The notes beneath the pieces were generated by a model, which worked only from the letters and a program-made list of their open reading frames with translations, was not told where the DNA came from and ran no database searches. Both the position numbers and the translations under genes were made by a program. A stretch of DNA of 63,966 nucleotides, the filler included, from Reticulomyxa filosa (lineage: Eukaryota > Protista > Foraminifera), in the NCBI GenBank assembly GCA_000512085.1. It is 17 parts of 17 records of this genome, joined end to end, with 100 filler letters (N's around TTAATTAATTAA, not from the genome) between each part and the next. Parts side by side here need not be neighbours in the genome. Positions count along the whole stretch, not along the records: positions 36,655 to 46,478 come from ASPP01005717.1; positions 46,579 to 52,547 come from ASPP01009260.1; 15 more parts are not named here. The stretch is one strand, 5' to 3'. The first letter of the stretch is position 1. Each line of letters opens with the position of its first letter. This document shows, piece after piece, positions 36,791-50,214 of this stretch.

Positions 36791-39700
36791 ATGATAAAAG
36801 TCGAGATGGTTTCAACTGTCTATCTGTACGATTCCATTGAATTGGATGCGAATTTCACCACCAACAATCTTCAATACAATGTGACCACGGATAATTTGCA
36901 GGAGGCATACGAACTCGTTACGATTTATCCCGACAGTTCCGTCGTCATTATTAGCGACATGCTTATCAGTGATAGCTATTTTTTAACCCCAAAAGTAAAC
37001 GAGTCGATTATTCACATCATTGGGAACAAAATGACCTCGAAAGGTAATTGTCATATTAATCTCACAGCTGGAGTATTTTTATACTTGCAATCAGTCTTTT
37101 TAATCGAGAGCAGTGCGATTGTTGTATCACGTTAAGACTTGGAAAGAGAGGAGAAAAAAAAAAATCATACATATACATATGTATATGTATATGAACAAAA
37201 AATGTTCATGTCCACGCTTGATAATATGTGTGATTGTGTGTTCGTATACAGATCTGAACTTTATTGTGAATGATTTCGCCGCGGTGTACTATTTGTATTC
37301 GACAACTACGACTCTGTCGACGATAAATGTGCTGTTGAATGATTTGGAAATGGAGATATTGACCCAGAGTGATTTTCCCGTGGTATACCACAACGTTCCA
37401 ACATATTCATTTTTAACGCTGGAGTTATACAACATAAGTGTAAATGGGTCCACTAAAGACTCTGCACAATTCAATCCATTTGCATATATTCACGGCGACG
37501 TTGAAATTTCAAATCTGGCCATGTCTGGACTTAGTGCTGGCAGTAATTCATTATCACCACTGTTTATCTCAACGGGGAATGCTATTTTAAGCAATGTGTT
37601 CTGCCAATACATTAATGCCGCTTCACCAATATGGTTGCGAACCGTAACGAATGCCTTTCTCACAGAGATTTATTGTACTGATAATAATGCGGTAGGCATA
37701 ATATAAATAATGACAAGAGAGAGAGAGAGAACAGGGCAAACATATAACCAATGAAAAAACAAAACAAATAAAAAAGTGCACCTTTTCTTTGGTTTATTAA
37801 ACACAGAGTATCTCAGGCTGTCTCCTTTTTTACGTACCCGGTGGAGACGTTACAATAAAGAATAGCAGAGCCTATAACTCTCGAAATCAAGGAAGTCCGG
37901 TATATATCTATTCTCCCCAAGGACAGGTAAACATAACCGGTATGGCCATAACCGGCTCTAGAGGTGGGGATGCTGGTGGCATTTATATTGTTTCATCCTT
38001 CGCACCTGTTTACATATCAAACATTGCCATTTCTGGAATAAATGCCGCGAGTGTGGGAGGAATATACTTAAATTACATGTATTATCCAGTGTTAATATCC
38101 AATATCATGATCGACAACGTCCTCAATTGTATCACGGGTGGACTTTATCTTGACACTTTTTTTGACACTGTCGTTATATCGGAATTCACTGCTGGAACTG
38201 TGTATGGCTCGGAATATGGTGGTATCCAAGCGCTATCAGGTGTAGGTGCAGGGAGTTTATTGATCGATGGATTCACTCTTTTCGACGTTTTTGATGCGCC
38301 GTATGGGGGCTTGCGTTTGACGGGCATTGCGATCCCAGTGATTGTAGACCATGTCACCATTTCCAATTTGTGGAGTACTATTGGAATCGTTGCATTTCAA
38401 TTGCTTGACGTTTCATTTGAAAATGTACACATTTACGAGATCGATAGTGCAGTAGCTGGCATATTGACTTTTTGGATAAATAATACTCTCAGTTTCACAA
38501 ATATCGCAATCAGGGACGTAACTAATTCAATATATGGAGGCATGTATTGCACTGCTGCCAATGGTTCGCTGAGTTTAACTAACTTCAGTGTTCTACACAG
38601 TTATGGTACTACGACTGGAGGTGTCTATTTTGGAGCCACCATTTCGGACTTTGTTATTAATGAATTCAATGCGATAGACGTCAATACTTCTTCCTTTGGT
38701 GCCATTTTCTGTAAAAGCTGCTTCACTCCTATCAACATTATCAATTCTACGTTTGTCGGCTGCAACAATCCCAGTGGGTTTGGAGGTGCAATCACGTATA
38801 TGGGACAGACGCAAGATATAGGAATAAATACCAAAGGAACCACCTTTTCGAATTGCAAATCATTAATTGGAGGCGCAATATACTTGGGACATCCAATAGG
38901 CCACTCATATTTTTCTGACTGTAAGTTCATTGGCAATGTGGGAAGCAAAGAGGGAGGTGGCGTGTTGGTTGATGGTGGCTATATCGATGTGACAGATTCG
39001 CTTTTTGACGGCAATGCCGCAGATTCTGGAGGAGGCATTGGTGAGTGTAAAAAAAAAAAAGACACCATTACACATAGGACAGGAAGGAAAATACACATAT
39101 ATGTATGTGTATACATGCATATATATTCATGAAATATTCATGTTTTTTTTTTTCCCCCTCTCTTTCTCTCTCTTAGGAATTGAACCGTTAGTTGAACAAA
39201 CATTAACAATCAAAAACACTCGATTTATAAATAACTTGGTCGCAAGCAATGGAGGTGGTGTTGCAGTTTTACTTGCCGGAAACTATTCAGTCATCAATTG
39301 CTCGTTCATTGGTAACATGGCCAGAATGTCCGGTGGTGGCTTTTTTGATGGTAATGGATATGAAAATTGCAGAGCGAATCTTTCAATTCTTGAAAACGGC
39401 ACATTTGTAAACAACACGGCTCAGCAAGTATGACTTTTTTTTTTCAACATTTTCAACAAATTAACAGTAAAGAGAACAAAAGAGGGAAAGGGGTCTCTTA
39501 CATCTCAGAAATTACCATTGCATTTGTGCTTGTAATCACAATTACAAAGGGCGGAGGCATGTTTATCCGTGGATGCAATACCACAGTGAAAAATACAGTA
39601 TTTAGCTATAATCAAGTGATTGGCCTTGGAGGAAGTTTAATGGTTGATGCGGCAAGTGGTGAAACAATATTGGACTCGCTGAACATTAACAACAGCCAGT

Positions 39701-42149
39701 CAGATCGACACGGCGGAGGTATTTCCATTACCGGAGGAAATGTGATAATTACAAATTCAATCGTTCAAGACAACATTGCGTCTAACAACGGTGGAGGAGT
39801 ATATGTCCGAGGAACAAAAGGATGGATACTTAAAGTCGATATGATAAATACTACTGTGGCCAACAATCAAGTCTTTTTAAAAAACAAACATCTCCGTAAA
39901 ATTTATTTATTTTTTTTTTTTTATGAATTACGCATTGTTTGCTCTTTGGTTTTTGCAAAAAGGCTGCACAAGGTGGTGGCATGAGTGTTGAATCCAACTT
40001 GAATATTTATAATTGGTCGGCAGAACCAGAAGTGACATTAACCGGTGTCACCGTTTTGCAAAACATAGGAGATACGTATGGAGGAGGAATCTTCATTGAA
40101 AAGGGATCTCTGAAAACATTTGGCTGTATTTTTGACAAAAATCAAGCAAAAAATGGCTCCGGATTGTATTATGACAGTGGATGGTATCAAGATTATCAGG
40201 TTTCATTTCATTGTCTCTTTTTCATCTTTCTCCTCTCTCCGTTTGCACACACGCTTACAAAAAATAAAAAGAATCTCATCTAATTGAAACATTTTTTTGT
40301 TTGTTTAATACTGCACAATATTTTTTAAAGAGTCTTTTCAAACAAAATGTTGCCAGTGCTGTGGGAGGAGGAATGTATGCAAAAGACGTTGACATGGGAT
40401 TAACAAACACAAAATTGCTCCGCAATAACGCAAAGTACGGTGGAGGATTGTTTATGGAGCGATGCTTGTTACGCAACAGCACCAACTTGAACTTTTCTCA
40501 AAACGTTGCCAAGTATTCCGGTGGGGCTGTTCAAGTCCCCTCAAATTGTCAGTGGTGTGTTAATTGCAATTTCCAGTCCAACACGGCAGCATTTGGTCAA
40601 GACCAGTCAACAGGCCCTAAACGAATGGAGGTATGTGTGTAATCAAACGAAACGTAAACATACGCTTTTAATTTTTCACATTTGTTTGTTTTGATTGTAT
40701 GTGTGTGTATGGGGGAAAAGTGCAATTGGTCACTTCCAAAAAAGATTGTATCAGTCACAAAATTGTCGCCTTACTGTGCAATTTACGATGGATTCGGTTC
40801 ACGATTGACATCATTTGAACAATCAGCTGTGGCTTACGTGAAATTCACGACTGCAGATAATATTACTTTGAACATCAGTGGTGCCACGAGTCCAACTTTC
40901 GAAAATGGATATGCGAAATTTGGAATATATTTGACACCACTAGGCAAATGGGAGTATACACACTTTGAAACGAAAGTATCACTCACTCTTTCAACCAATA
41001 TCAATAAAACCTTTTTGTCACAGCAGACGATCACCTACAAAAACATTGTGTGGAAAGTGCCTGAAAGCATTACTGCCCTAGTTGGTATTTTGGGTGCCAC
41101 AATTTTCTTATCTGTCATTTGTTGTGCGTTGTTGATGTGGTATTATTCCCGTCAACCCATTATCCGAGCTGCAACCATCACCTTCTTGGTTGTCATATTG
41201 TTGGGTAGTCTCATTATGGGTGCGTTTGTCGTTATTGCCCCACTGACACCACAATATCTTAATTGTGTAACCCAAATGTGGGTATTACATTTCGGATTTG
41301 TATTGATGGTGTTCCCAATTGCCGGCAAAACATACAGAATATATGCCATCTTTTTCGTTTGAGTCAATTTTGTGTTGTTTTTCTGTGCCACTTTCGATTC
41401 ACACAAACTCTGTACTGTTGTCATGCTTTAACAGGCTGCAAAACAAAAGTTACAAAAAATCAACTGGACAACAACAAGACTATCCATCTATTTCTTGGGA
41501 ATTCCTGTGATTTGTTTGTTTGTGTACTTGATTCTTTGGACATTATTGGGCCAATGGAAAACAGAGTTTTTAGTGGCAAACGACGGACTGGTGTATAAAG
41601 AATGTCGATATAATTCAACATTTACCATTATTTCGTTGATTTCTGCAATCATATTCTTGTTGTGGATTGTTCAATTAGCAGTGAGTGTGCGAGGAGTTCC
41701 AAAGAACTTTAATGAATCTCGTTGGTTGGGAGCCAGTGTGTATACAATCTCCATCGTATTTTTGTTTGTGATCCCTCTAGGACTCATTCACAGCGTCTCG
41801 TTTATTGCTCGAAGGATTTTTGTCTCTGTTGGCTGTTGGATTGCTACTCAATCAGTGTTATTTTTCTTGTTTGGCATTAAATTTATCCAGATCTGGACAG
41901 GAAAAGCTACTAAACCTGCCAAAGATCCACACCACGACTCTTCAATCAAAGTATGTTGTGTGTTTTATCTCTTTCAGAAGAAAAAACAACAATTTGTATG
42001 TGTTGGATTAGTCTTCGAGTGATATTAGCACTACCTCAGGAAAGTCAACTGAAATGCAGCCTTATGGAAGCTCTACTTCTCCTAAAGGAGAAAGTGGAAC
42101 AAGTGAGAAAGATGGTTCTGTGACAGGAAAATCATCAAAAGGTCTATGA
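36791..42149 (+). CDS. Class C (7tm_3)-like GPCR with a very large extracellular Pmp/pectin-lyase-like beta-helix repeat region; 5' end probably cut by contig break
   Basis: Many 'FxxNxA..GGG/GGAI' repeats in ~37950-40600. Seven hydrophobic segments follow (~41060-41890), with 'SRQPIIRAA' after TM1, 'KTYRIYAIF' after TM3 and 'VPKNFNESRWLG' before TM6, then a Ser/Thr-rich tail ending at TGA 42147-42149. Checked introns (e.g. 41357-41434) keep the frame. Confidence 0.85.
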
Positions 42150-42485
42150 TCAAACTTTATTTGGAGACATTGTTCATTTTTTTTTTTTGTCGTTGCCCCC
42201 TCCTTTTTGCCACTCTGCAAACAACATACAAGGATAAAAATTGAAGAAACACGCTGGCGAGGATTCATGTTGTTTGTGACAAAAAGGAGGAATTTGTACA
42301 GATACATCGGGAAAATTTCCTTTGTTTCATGAATTCACAACTTTGTTTTTACCTCTTTGATACCTCTGTAACATCTCTATGAGTTCTACATTATTTCAGT
42401 TTTTGTTGTCAGATGATTTGCATCTTCAGCCACTGTTATCTAAGAAAAAATTCTAATGAAAAATTTTGGTAATTGGACATACTAA

Positions 42486-45400
42486 TTAAACAAAATTTTC
42501 AAAAAACTCGGAAAATTCATATTTTTCCAAGTCGTCCCAGCCCAAGTGGTTTTGTATGAAGCGAAGACAATTTTTTATTGACCAAAATGGAGCAGATTTG
42601 TGTTTATTGTTAAGGACCGCGCTCATGTTCTCATCTAAAAATATTGCACCAATAACTGCTTCGAATACATCCGCCACGTTTTTCATGTTTTGTGTCCTTT
42701 GATTACTCTTCCATAGAATACATTGCGATAAACTCACGTTGTAAATTTTATCACGCAACTTAACCTCAAAAGTTTTAGAGGCAATTTTTTGGAGTCGCTC
42801 GTTATTTGCCCACTTGACTCGTTTTCCGCTTATGACACTCTCGCCACTTGCCATTTTGTTCATGAGCTTTTTGGACTCATTTATTGCAGATGTATTTTTC
42901 GAATTTACGCCTTCTGTTGGATAAAAAAACATAATACAACACTCATTTGTTGCTTTACGTGTGAAAGTAGAGAACATCACATACCATCATTTATTGTTTT
43001 GAAGGCAAACCATGTTGTTATTAAATCTAAAATAGCATCACCAAGAAACTCTAATCTCTCAAATGTGATAGAATTGCAACCAGGCCGCCCCAAGTAATCA
43101 TATCTATCAATAACCGTAATTAATAAAATGGGATATTGAAAATGGTACTTGGTCAACTCTTCCAGCAAGTACATTGGCTCATGCCATTCTTCTAGCCATT
43201 TTTCGTCTGGAGAGCTGATAAGAGTTTTATGTGAGGAAGAAAATATCTTGTGAAATGCATCGGGAATAATTAGTTCGTCTAACAATCGCCACTTTCGGAG
43301 CAGACTTTTTTTCGTTAATTTTTTCATTTACATACATCAAGCAGTAAAGAATAAAAATTTTTGTGAAAAAGGAAACTTTTTTGAATTTTTAAACTTAAAA
43401 CAATTGTTGGTTGCTGCGGAAAATCCTGTTTTTACATCGATGTCAGATGTATTCACAATATTGGAATAAAAACTGGCTCCTAGAACAGCTTCGATTAGAT
43501 CAGCAGCCTGTTTTGTCGAAGCTCTGATATTCTCGAATACAGAATTGGTTCTCTTTTCAAATAAAGGAGGATGCCATCTTTGCCATGAAAAAACATCAAA
43601 TACACAGTAAGAAACCAAATTGACATCCTCTTGCGCGCAAATGGAGGCTAGTCGATTGTTCGAAACTTGCGAACTTTTCCAGCTGGTCAGGGCGTCTTAG
43701 GTTTGGTTCAAAGCAAAAATAATACAAAAAGCACAACAGGTAATCTTTCATATTTTTTTAATTTGCTTCCCTCCCCTTTTCCTCGTATACTCTTTATTGC
43801 AATACCCTGAGCAAGATCAGGAAACGCGAAAAAACCATGCAACACAGTCAAAAATTTCAATACAGTATCTCCTAAGCACTCCAACAGTTGATAATTTTCT
43901 TTATCGCTTTGTGGAGTGCACAGCGCAGTGAATATGTTCTTTGGTTCAACATGCACTGCATTTATGGTGGAATTCTCAAGTTCTTCAGCCAAATCATAAG
44001 CGTTTAGCAAATTCTCAATCCGCCACAGCATACTAGGGGTATTGATAAAATTTAAAAACATGTCAACGGAAAGTCCGGTCGGGAACAGTATTTGCGAAGG
44101 ATACAAATTCAAATTACGGAAGATGTTGTCTGGATTGTACTGTTTCTTATGATCTGTTCTTAATGAATCCTTTTTTTTTTTTTAAAAAAAAAAACAACAA
44201 CAACACAACAAAGTTGGTAGTAAAGAAGACTTAAAAAAAAAAAAAATAAAATGAATAAATAAAGAAGCATACCTCAACAACAGGATTCATAGTTCGACTA
44301 ACGTATAAAAGTTGGTTTTTTGGTGACAAAGACATGCCCAATTGCTGATAATGAGTTTCAAATGAACTGCCTTTTTTCTCGCGTATCTGAGGCATATGTT
44401 TGGAAATCTTTGTATTTTCATGTTGTGAATTGTCATTCACAACACGAGGTTGTTTGGGATGAAGTGATTCAATACCATCTTGTGGACGGATGGAGGCGTT
44501 TATATTTACCAAGTCTGAACTACTTTCCGAAAGCGAGATTTCAATTTTGGTATAATCAATAGGCGGTACTTTTTTTACATTTTGCCGATTTTTATGCAGC
44601 AATTCTGGCATTAGATCTTCACTAGTCAACGGCGAATAGATTCCATAGCTCATACACAAATGAGTACTTATTTTATATTTTTCCGGACTTTGTGCAGCTT
44701 TTTTCGATGGGAAGCACACTTTCATTAGTTGGTCTTGCTTCTGGAACGTGTTTTGCCATCCTTTTGGCCAATCACAAATAGTCTTTGTGCCAAACAAACT
44801 TTTAAACACATGCTCGACAGTCAACCAATCAATTATAAGCACACTCGTGTTGTTGCTATCGCTTTGTTCGATCAAAGGACATATGATGAAATGCCGTTGT
44901 TCGGAAGATTCTTCCAATGGCTTCAGCTGCATTCTGTTCCAGTCGGCCATTCGAAAGCATTCGCGATGAAAATCTTTCAACTTTGCATATTCCTGCTCCG
45001 TTAGATCACAAATGCTGTCATTGGCCGTTGGTGCGAGGCGAACTTTGCAAGTGATCCATTTGGATTTGTGTTGTGATGCCCGTTCACGAAGCAAATCCGA
45101 ATTCTCTGCATCCAACGCTTCTAAAAACAGCTCCACTATGCGTTTATCAATTCGTTCTTCAACGTTTATCTATATAGTAATGTCATTTAAATTATGTATA
45201 CGTATATATATTTTTTTAATGCCCCCTTTTTTTTTTTATATACATATACATATGTATATGTATATGTATATATGTGTATATATAAACAACTTGAAATTCA
45301 ATCTCTTTCAAAAAACGGGAGGAAATAGGGTTTTGAGTGACCAAACCCAAATACGAGTCGTAGTAATTGGGTTCCATGATAAGTGCATAGCAATAACATC

Positions 45401-46124
45401 GGCACAAGGGCGGCGAGGGATCGTGTTTGCGTTCGTCATACGCTTCCTGAAAAGCTTTTGGAATGCGGCGTTGACGAGCAGTTTGTGGTGGTTGTGAATA
45501 CACTGTTTCAAGTTTGTGATTATTGTTTCGCATGATCTGAATAGGGACAAAGTGGCTATCCAATTCATTTTTCTATTTGAGGAGAGAAAAAAAAAAGGGG
45601 GGGGGGAGCCAAAAATTAATAAAAAAAAAAAAATTGAATATGGAGTATCACTTAATGTCTTCTCTTTCAATGCAAAAACAAAAAACAACTGCAAAACTAG
45701 ATACAATTCCCACACGATTTCAACGTACAATTTTGTGATTCCGTACTTCACTTTTTGATCGACAGTCGTCGACCAGATCTTTTTTTCTAATGGAAAGCGA
45801 TCGCATAAGCTCACGGTGCATTGAAAGGCGTTACCCTCCTCAATGGGAATACTGTTTTCTTTTGGAAAATCTAACTTTTTAAGCTGACAAAAGGAGCGCA
45901 ATAGATGCTTGACGGTCAGTGCATCAACAAAGGCTCCTGTTTCTGGCACTTCTTTTCGAAGGGGCACTTCGTAGATTTTGGTTGGATCCATGCTGTTTCG
46001 TTCGTGCATTGGATCACTACATCGGTCCATGATTTTTTCGTGTTCCATAAATTTGATTATCAACCTCTCGTGTTGAATATCTCCAACGTCCATAAGCAGA
46101 ACATAACTTTGAGATACACACAAA

Positions 46125-46158
<34 letters not shown>

Positions 46159-46418
46159 CTTGCTATTGATGAACACGAGTGTGTATGATTTTTTAAAAAG
46201 AGAGAGATGAAATAAACGTAACTGGCTGTCCTGTGCACGTGCCCTGCCCCTGGCTTGAAGGTATTCTTTGGCAGTGTTCGGCAAATCGAAACGAATAACC
46301 ATATTACACGTAGGTATATCCATTCCCTCTTCTGCAACCGAAGTTGCCACGAGATAATTAATTTCTCCTTTATGAAATTGTTGAATCACTTGTCGTTGTT
46401 TTCGATCTGATAAGCCCT
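42486..46418 (-). CDS. Dicer-like protein (helicase C, DUF283-like, two RNase III domains); 5' truncated
   Basis: Helicase C: 'LVATSVAEEGMDIPTCNMVIRFD...YLQARGRAR'. DUF283-like: 'VPETGA...LLRSFCQL...FQCTVSL'. RNase IIIa: 'NYQLLECLGDTVLK...ADLIEAVLGA'. RNase IIIb: 'FERLEFLGDAILD...ADVFEAVIGA'. Confidence 0.93.
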
Positions 46419-46578
46419 ATTTAATTTTTGGATGGCGTATTTATTGGAGTGTGGTGTACATTATAACATATACATATANNNNNNNNNNNNNNNNNNNNNN
46501 NNNNNNNNNNNNNNNNNNNNNNTTAATTAATTAANNNNNNNNNNNNNNNNNNNNNNNNNNNNNNNNNNNNNNNNNNNN

Positions 46579-46617
<39 letters not shown>

Positions 46618-46669
46618 ATTGTGATTGACAGAAACAAGCAATACCAATGACAAATAACAATAAAAAAAG

Positions 46670-47213
46670 GTCTTACAAGTGGATTGAATGTAAGTTTACT
46701 TGCAATTGACCCAATAAAAATAAAGTTGATGAAAAATTCGAGACAAGAAATAGATAAAAAAATAGTAAAGAGGATTGGTCCATTAATAGAAAACCATCAT
46801 TTATTGCTTGTGACATTGTTAGTAGCAAACGCCTTGGCAATGGAAGCATTGCCAATCTTTTTGAATCAAATGGTCGCCCCGTGGTTGGCCGTATTGGTAA
46901 GTGTAACATTTGTGTTAATATTCGGTGAAATACTGCCGCAAGCAGTGTTCAGCAGCGATCCTTTGAAGCACGGCTATCGTTTTGCATGCATTGTGCGCAT
47001 GTTTCAAGTCATTCTTTATCCCGTCTGTATGCCAATTGCCTGGCTGTTGGATCGCTTTTTGAAACATCCCGACAAAAGGCCAATCCTATTTCGCCACGAC
47101 GAATTGAAGCAAATGATCGCATTTATACGATCCGATGACGATTTCAAAGATACAAAAGAGCAATTTACCGAACATGAATTGAGCTATTTAGGTTTGCGTT
47201 TTTCCATCATTTC

Positions 47214-47244
<31 letters not shown>

Positions 47245-48999
47245 CATATATATACATGTACACATATGTATTCTATAACCTTTACGTATATACTTCTATC
47301 ATATCCATATGTGCATCCATGTTAAGGTCTTTTTTTTTTCCCTCCCCCCCCCTTCTCCCCCAAATTAAATGAAAACACAAGATGGAGTATTAAAACTTCG
47401 GAATACCACGGTGAAAAATCAACGAACAAAATGGCAAAATGTCAAAACATTACCCAGTGATTTTGTGTTGGATGAAAATGGATTAAAACAGATTGCTGAA
47501 ACTGGTTACAGCCGCATTCCTGTGTATCACCAGAGGGAAAATAATTTGATTGGCATTTGTCTAGTCAAAGACTTGGTAGCTGTCAATCCTTCGCAGAAAT
47601 TGACGCTTGACAACTTTGTGCGAAAGAAAATTGCCGCTTTTTATCCCCATACCACTTGCATTGAGGCACTGAGAGATTTTGAACGTTTTAAAGTCCATTT
47701 TGCGGTTATCTCCAGTTTTTAATGACCACCTTTTTTTTTCTTTTTTTTTCCCCATTGCCTCCATATAATTTTTTTTTTGAGGATGGAGGGAGTGGAAGAG
47801 GAGGGGGAGAGGGGGAAAAAAAAAGAGAGTGAGTTTTTATAATATGTTTTTGATGAAATAGAACAAGCGTCATTGGTGATAAACTGCATTCGATCGGAAA
47901 GAAATGTTCCAGAGTCAGTTCAATTTATTGGTGCCATTACTTTGGAAGTTAAGCACGAAAGATAAAGACAGAAGAGAAAGAGAGGACACTCCAATAAAAT
48001 ATTTATAAAATTGTAGGCTCATTTTAGTGTTCAAAAAATATAATCTAATGTTAATGCACTCCTTTACATTGTTACTCCCTGGTTTGTTGTTGGGTTGTGT
48101 TGTGTTGTTGAATTGGAATTGGACACACGGGGAATATAACGCGACTTGGCAAGGATGTAATGAACGTGTTAATGGGGATAGAAATTGAAGACGAGTACGA
48201 CGAACAAACGTATTTGGCGCCAATGCGTATCGAGGTGGGCAAGAAGCATCAACGGTCTCACAAAGCAAAGCCGCAAAAGGTAGAGCCGAACATTGGAAAT
48301 GGGAAGTCTTGGGAGAAACGCCATCATAGCGTCCAATTGGCATCTCGTCCCAATCTGAAAACAAAAATGCAATCACATCTTTATTTTGCATCTCTTCGCA
48401 AACCAACGAACAATGACAATGACAATGACAATGATAATGACAATGACATGCCCACTGAGAAAGTAGAACCAAGTCCTTCAGAAGAAGAAATCGTGACATT
48501 AATTCCACTACCTGAAGATGAATCTCCTAGCGGTCATGACCGGGTGCAATATCAGCAGCGCTATTATTTTTCTCACCAAAGTCATCGTCGCATTTCGCAG
48601 CAACGCTACCAGCAACAGTCCCCAAAACAACCCGATTACTTGAAAGACGCGACTTCAAAGCATAGGCTGGACAAATTATGGTACGAATCGGACAAATTGG
48701 AAATGGCTTACAAAGCGAATCGACCAGCACAACATAAAAAAGTGCACTCGAAAAAACGAATTACTCTTCATCCTCCGGCTATGAATGACACTTCCCATAG
48801 TAAAATATCTTCGTCTGAACAATTCTCCGATCGTTCTGCGCCTATTAATGCGCAAACCACAAGTGCCTCTCATGACTACTTGTTGTCATCCAAACCCCCT
48901 CTTGAGCGTCTCCGTTTGTATGGCTCAATTTCACTGCCAAATGTATTGGCCAATGTGGAGGCCGATGAAAGTAGCACTGAAAATCAACCTGATTCCTAA
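46670..48999 (+). CDS. CNNM/DUF21 + CBS-pair metal (Mg2+) transporter-like protein; 5' truncated
   Basis: 'GLTSGLNVSLLAID', 'HHLLLVTLLVANALAMEALPIFL', 'FGEILPQA', CBS 'GYSRIPVY' and 'EDVMNVLMGIEIEDEYD'. Long low-complexity tail. Confidence 0.92.
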
Positions 49000-49315
49000 C
49001 TTTCATCAGCGCAAACTTACTTTGTTTAATTCAACAATTGTGATCTGTTTTTTTGTTTTTTTTTTTGCTCGCAATATTGTTGTCTCTTCTTATTTTATTA
49101 AAAATCTTTTTTTTTTACCTTTGTTAATCTTATAATTGAATTTGTCGTACTTTTGCAAAGAAGAAAAGCATTAATTATTCGCTTTTGTTTAATTTCAAAC
49201 TTTTCGAAAATGAACACTCAATTTTATGTTTAAACGTGGAAGTTCATAATTTTATCTTTCTCTACCTTCGTCCCCCCCTCCTTTCAATAGAAACATATGT
49301 ATGCTTTCGAGAAAG

Positions 49316-50214
49316 CTACAGTTTGGATGGTGTTGATTGTTTACTTACAGTATCTTTTATCAAAACATCTGTTATAAACATGTGACCGGGACTATGAGTG
49401 ATAACTTTGTCAACCACTCCTGCTTTCAAGGCTCCAATGATGGCCACTTGTGTAGTCACACCACATGCCCAAAAAACGGTACCTCATTATCAAGTATGGG
49501 GACACTGTCCCCCCACTGAGGTTTTTCAATATCGTCAATACCGATTTGCCATGGACTACCATAATACACTGGCGCTCCATGGGCTTGCAAGTACTCACTG
49601 GTGATGTGATAACATTCCCCCTATCTTTTCCTTGGGGATTGGGCGCATTGACACAACCAAGTCTTTGCCAAACCCATTGTTATTGATCGTTGGAATGTTC
49701 GTCTCGTACATTGGGACATTTCGATTCAAATCAATATGTCGCATTGGAATTCCTTTGTTTTTTTTGTGGGTATTATATCCAGTCGAATTACCAATATCAA
49801 CAGCGTAAAAGAAATGATACCTGCCTCTTGAAGTGCGCTTTCAAAAGAAAATGAACATCCCAAAAAAAAGGTCACTAAGTCTTCTTTCCATTCATTTTTT
49901 ATGTCCAATACTTCTCGCCACTTTGCGTCCTTGCCTTCATAAATGCGATATTTGGGAAGATCTGTTCGAATGTCTGCGTTATTTGCTATTGTCCGAGTGT
50001 AAGGCTGGCCTGGTGGTAAAATCTCCAAAAGTGGTGCGGGTTTCGGGTTGTCTTCACAAAATTTCTTGAAATGAGGCGCTGCTGATTTTGGTAAAATTAC
50101 CACATTTGCTTGCACAAAACCGTCGCAAAAACCACATGTTTGTTGCGTATATTTTTGCTCTCGGAACAATGTTCGAGCATCTTTTGGAGATATTTTTGAT
50201 TTATTATCTGCCAT
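49316..50214 (-). CDS. DUF1445 / D-glutamate cyclase-like (YcsI-like) protein with one intron and a homopolymer frameshift
   Basis: '[11 protein letters not shown]...NPKPAPLL...[12 protein letters not shown]...[13 protein letters not shown]|...NVPMYETN...LVVSMRP...HGAP...FWACGVT...[11 protein letters not shown]'. Intron ~49751-49820. An extra base in the C5 run at 49617-49621 shifts the frame. Stop TAG at 49316-49318. Confidence 0.88.

Noticed and set aside
48410-48448. (AATGAC)n hexamer repeat; also (AAT)n at ~11695-11721 and the hexamer-like run at ~32327-32389
   Set aside because: Ordinary coding microsatellites (ND, N and KD-type runs) in low-complexity protein regions.
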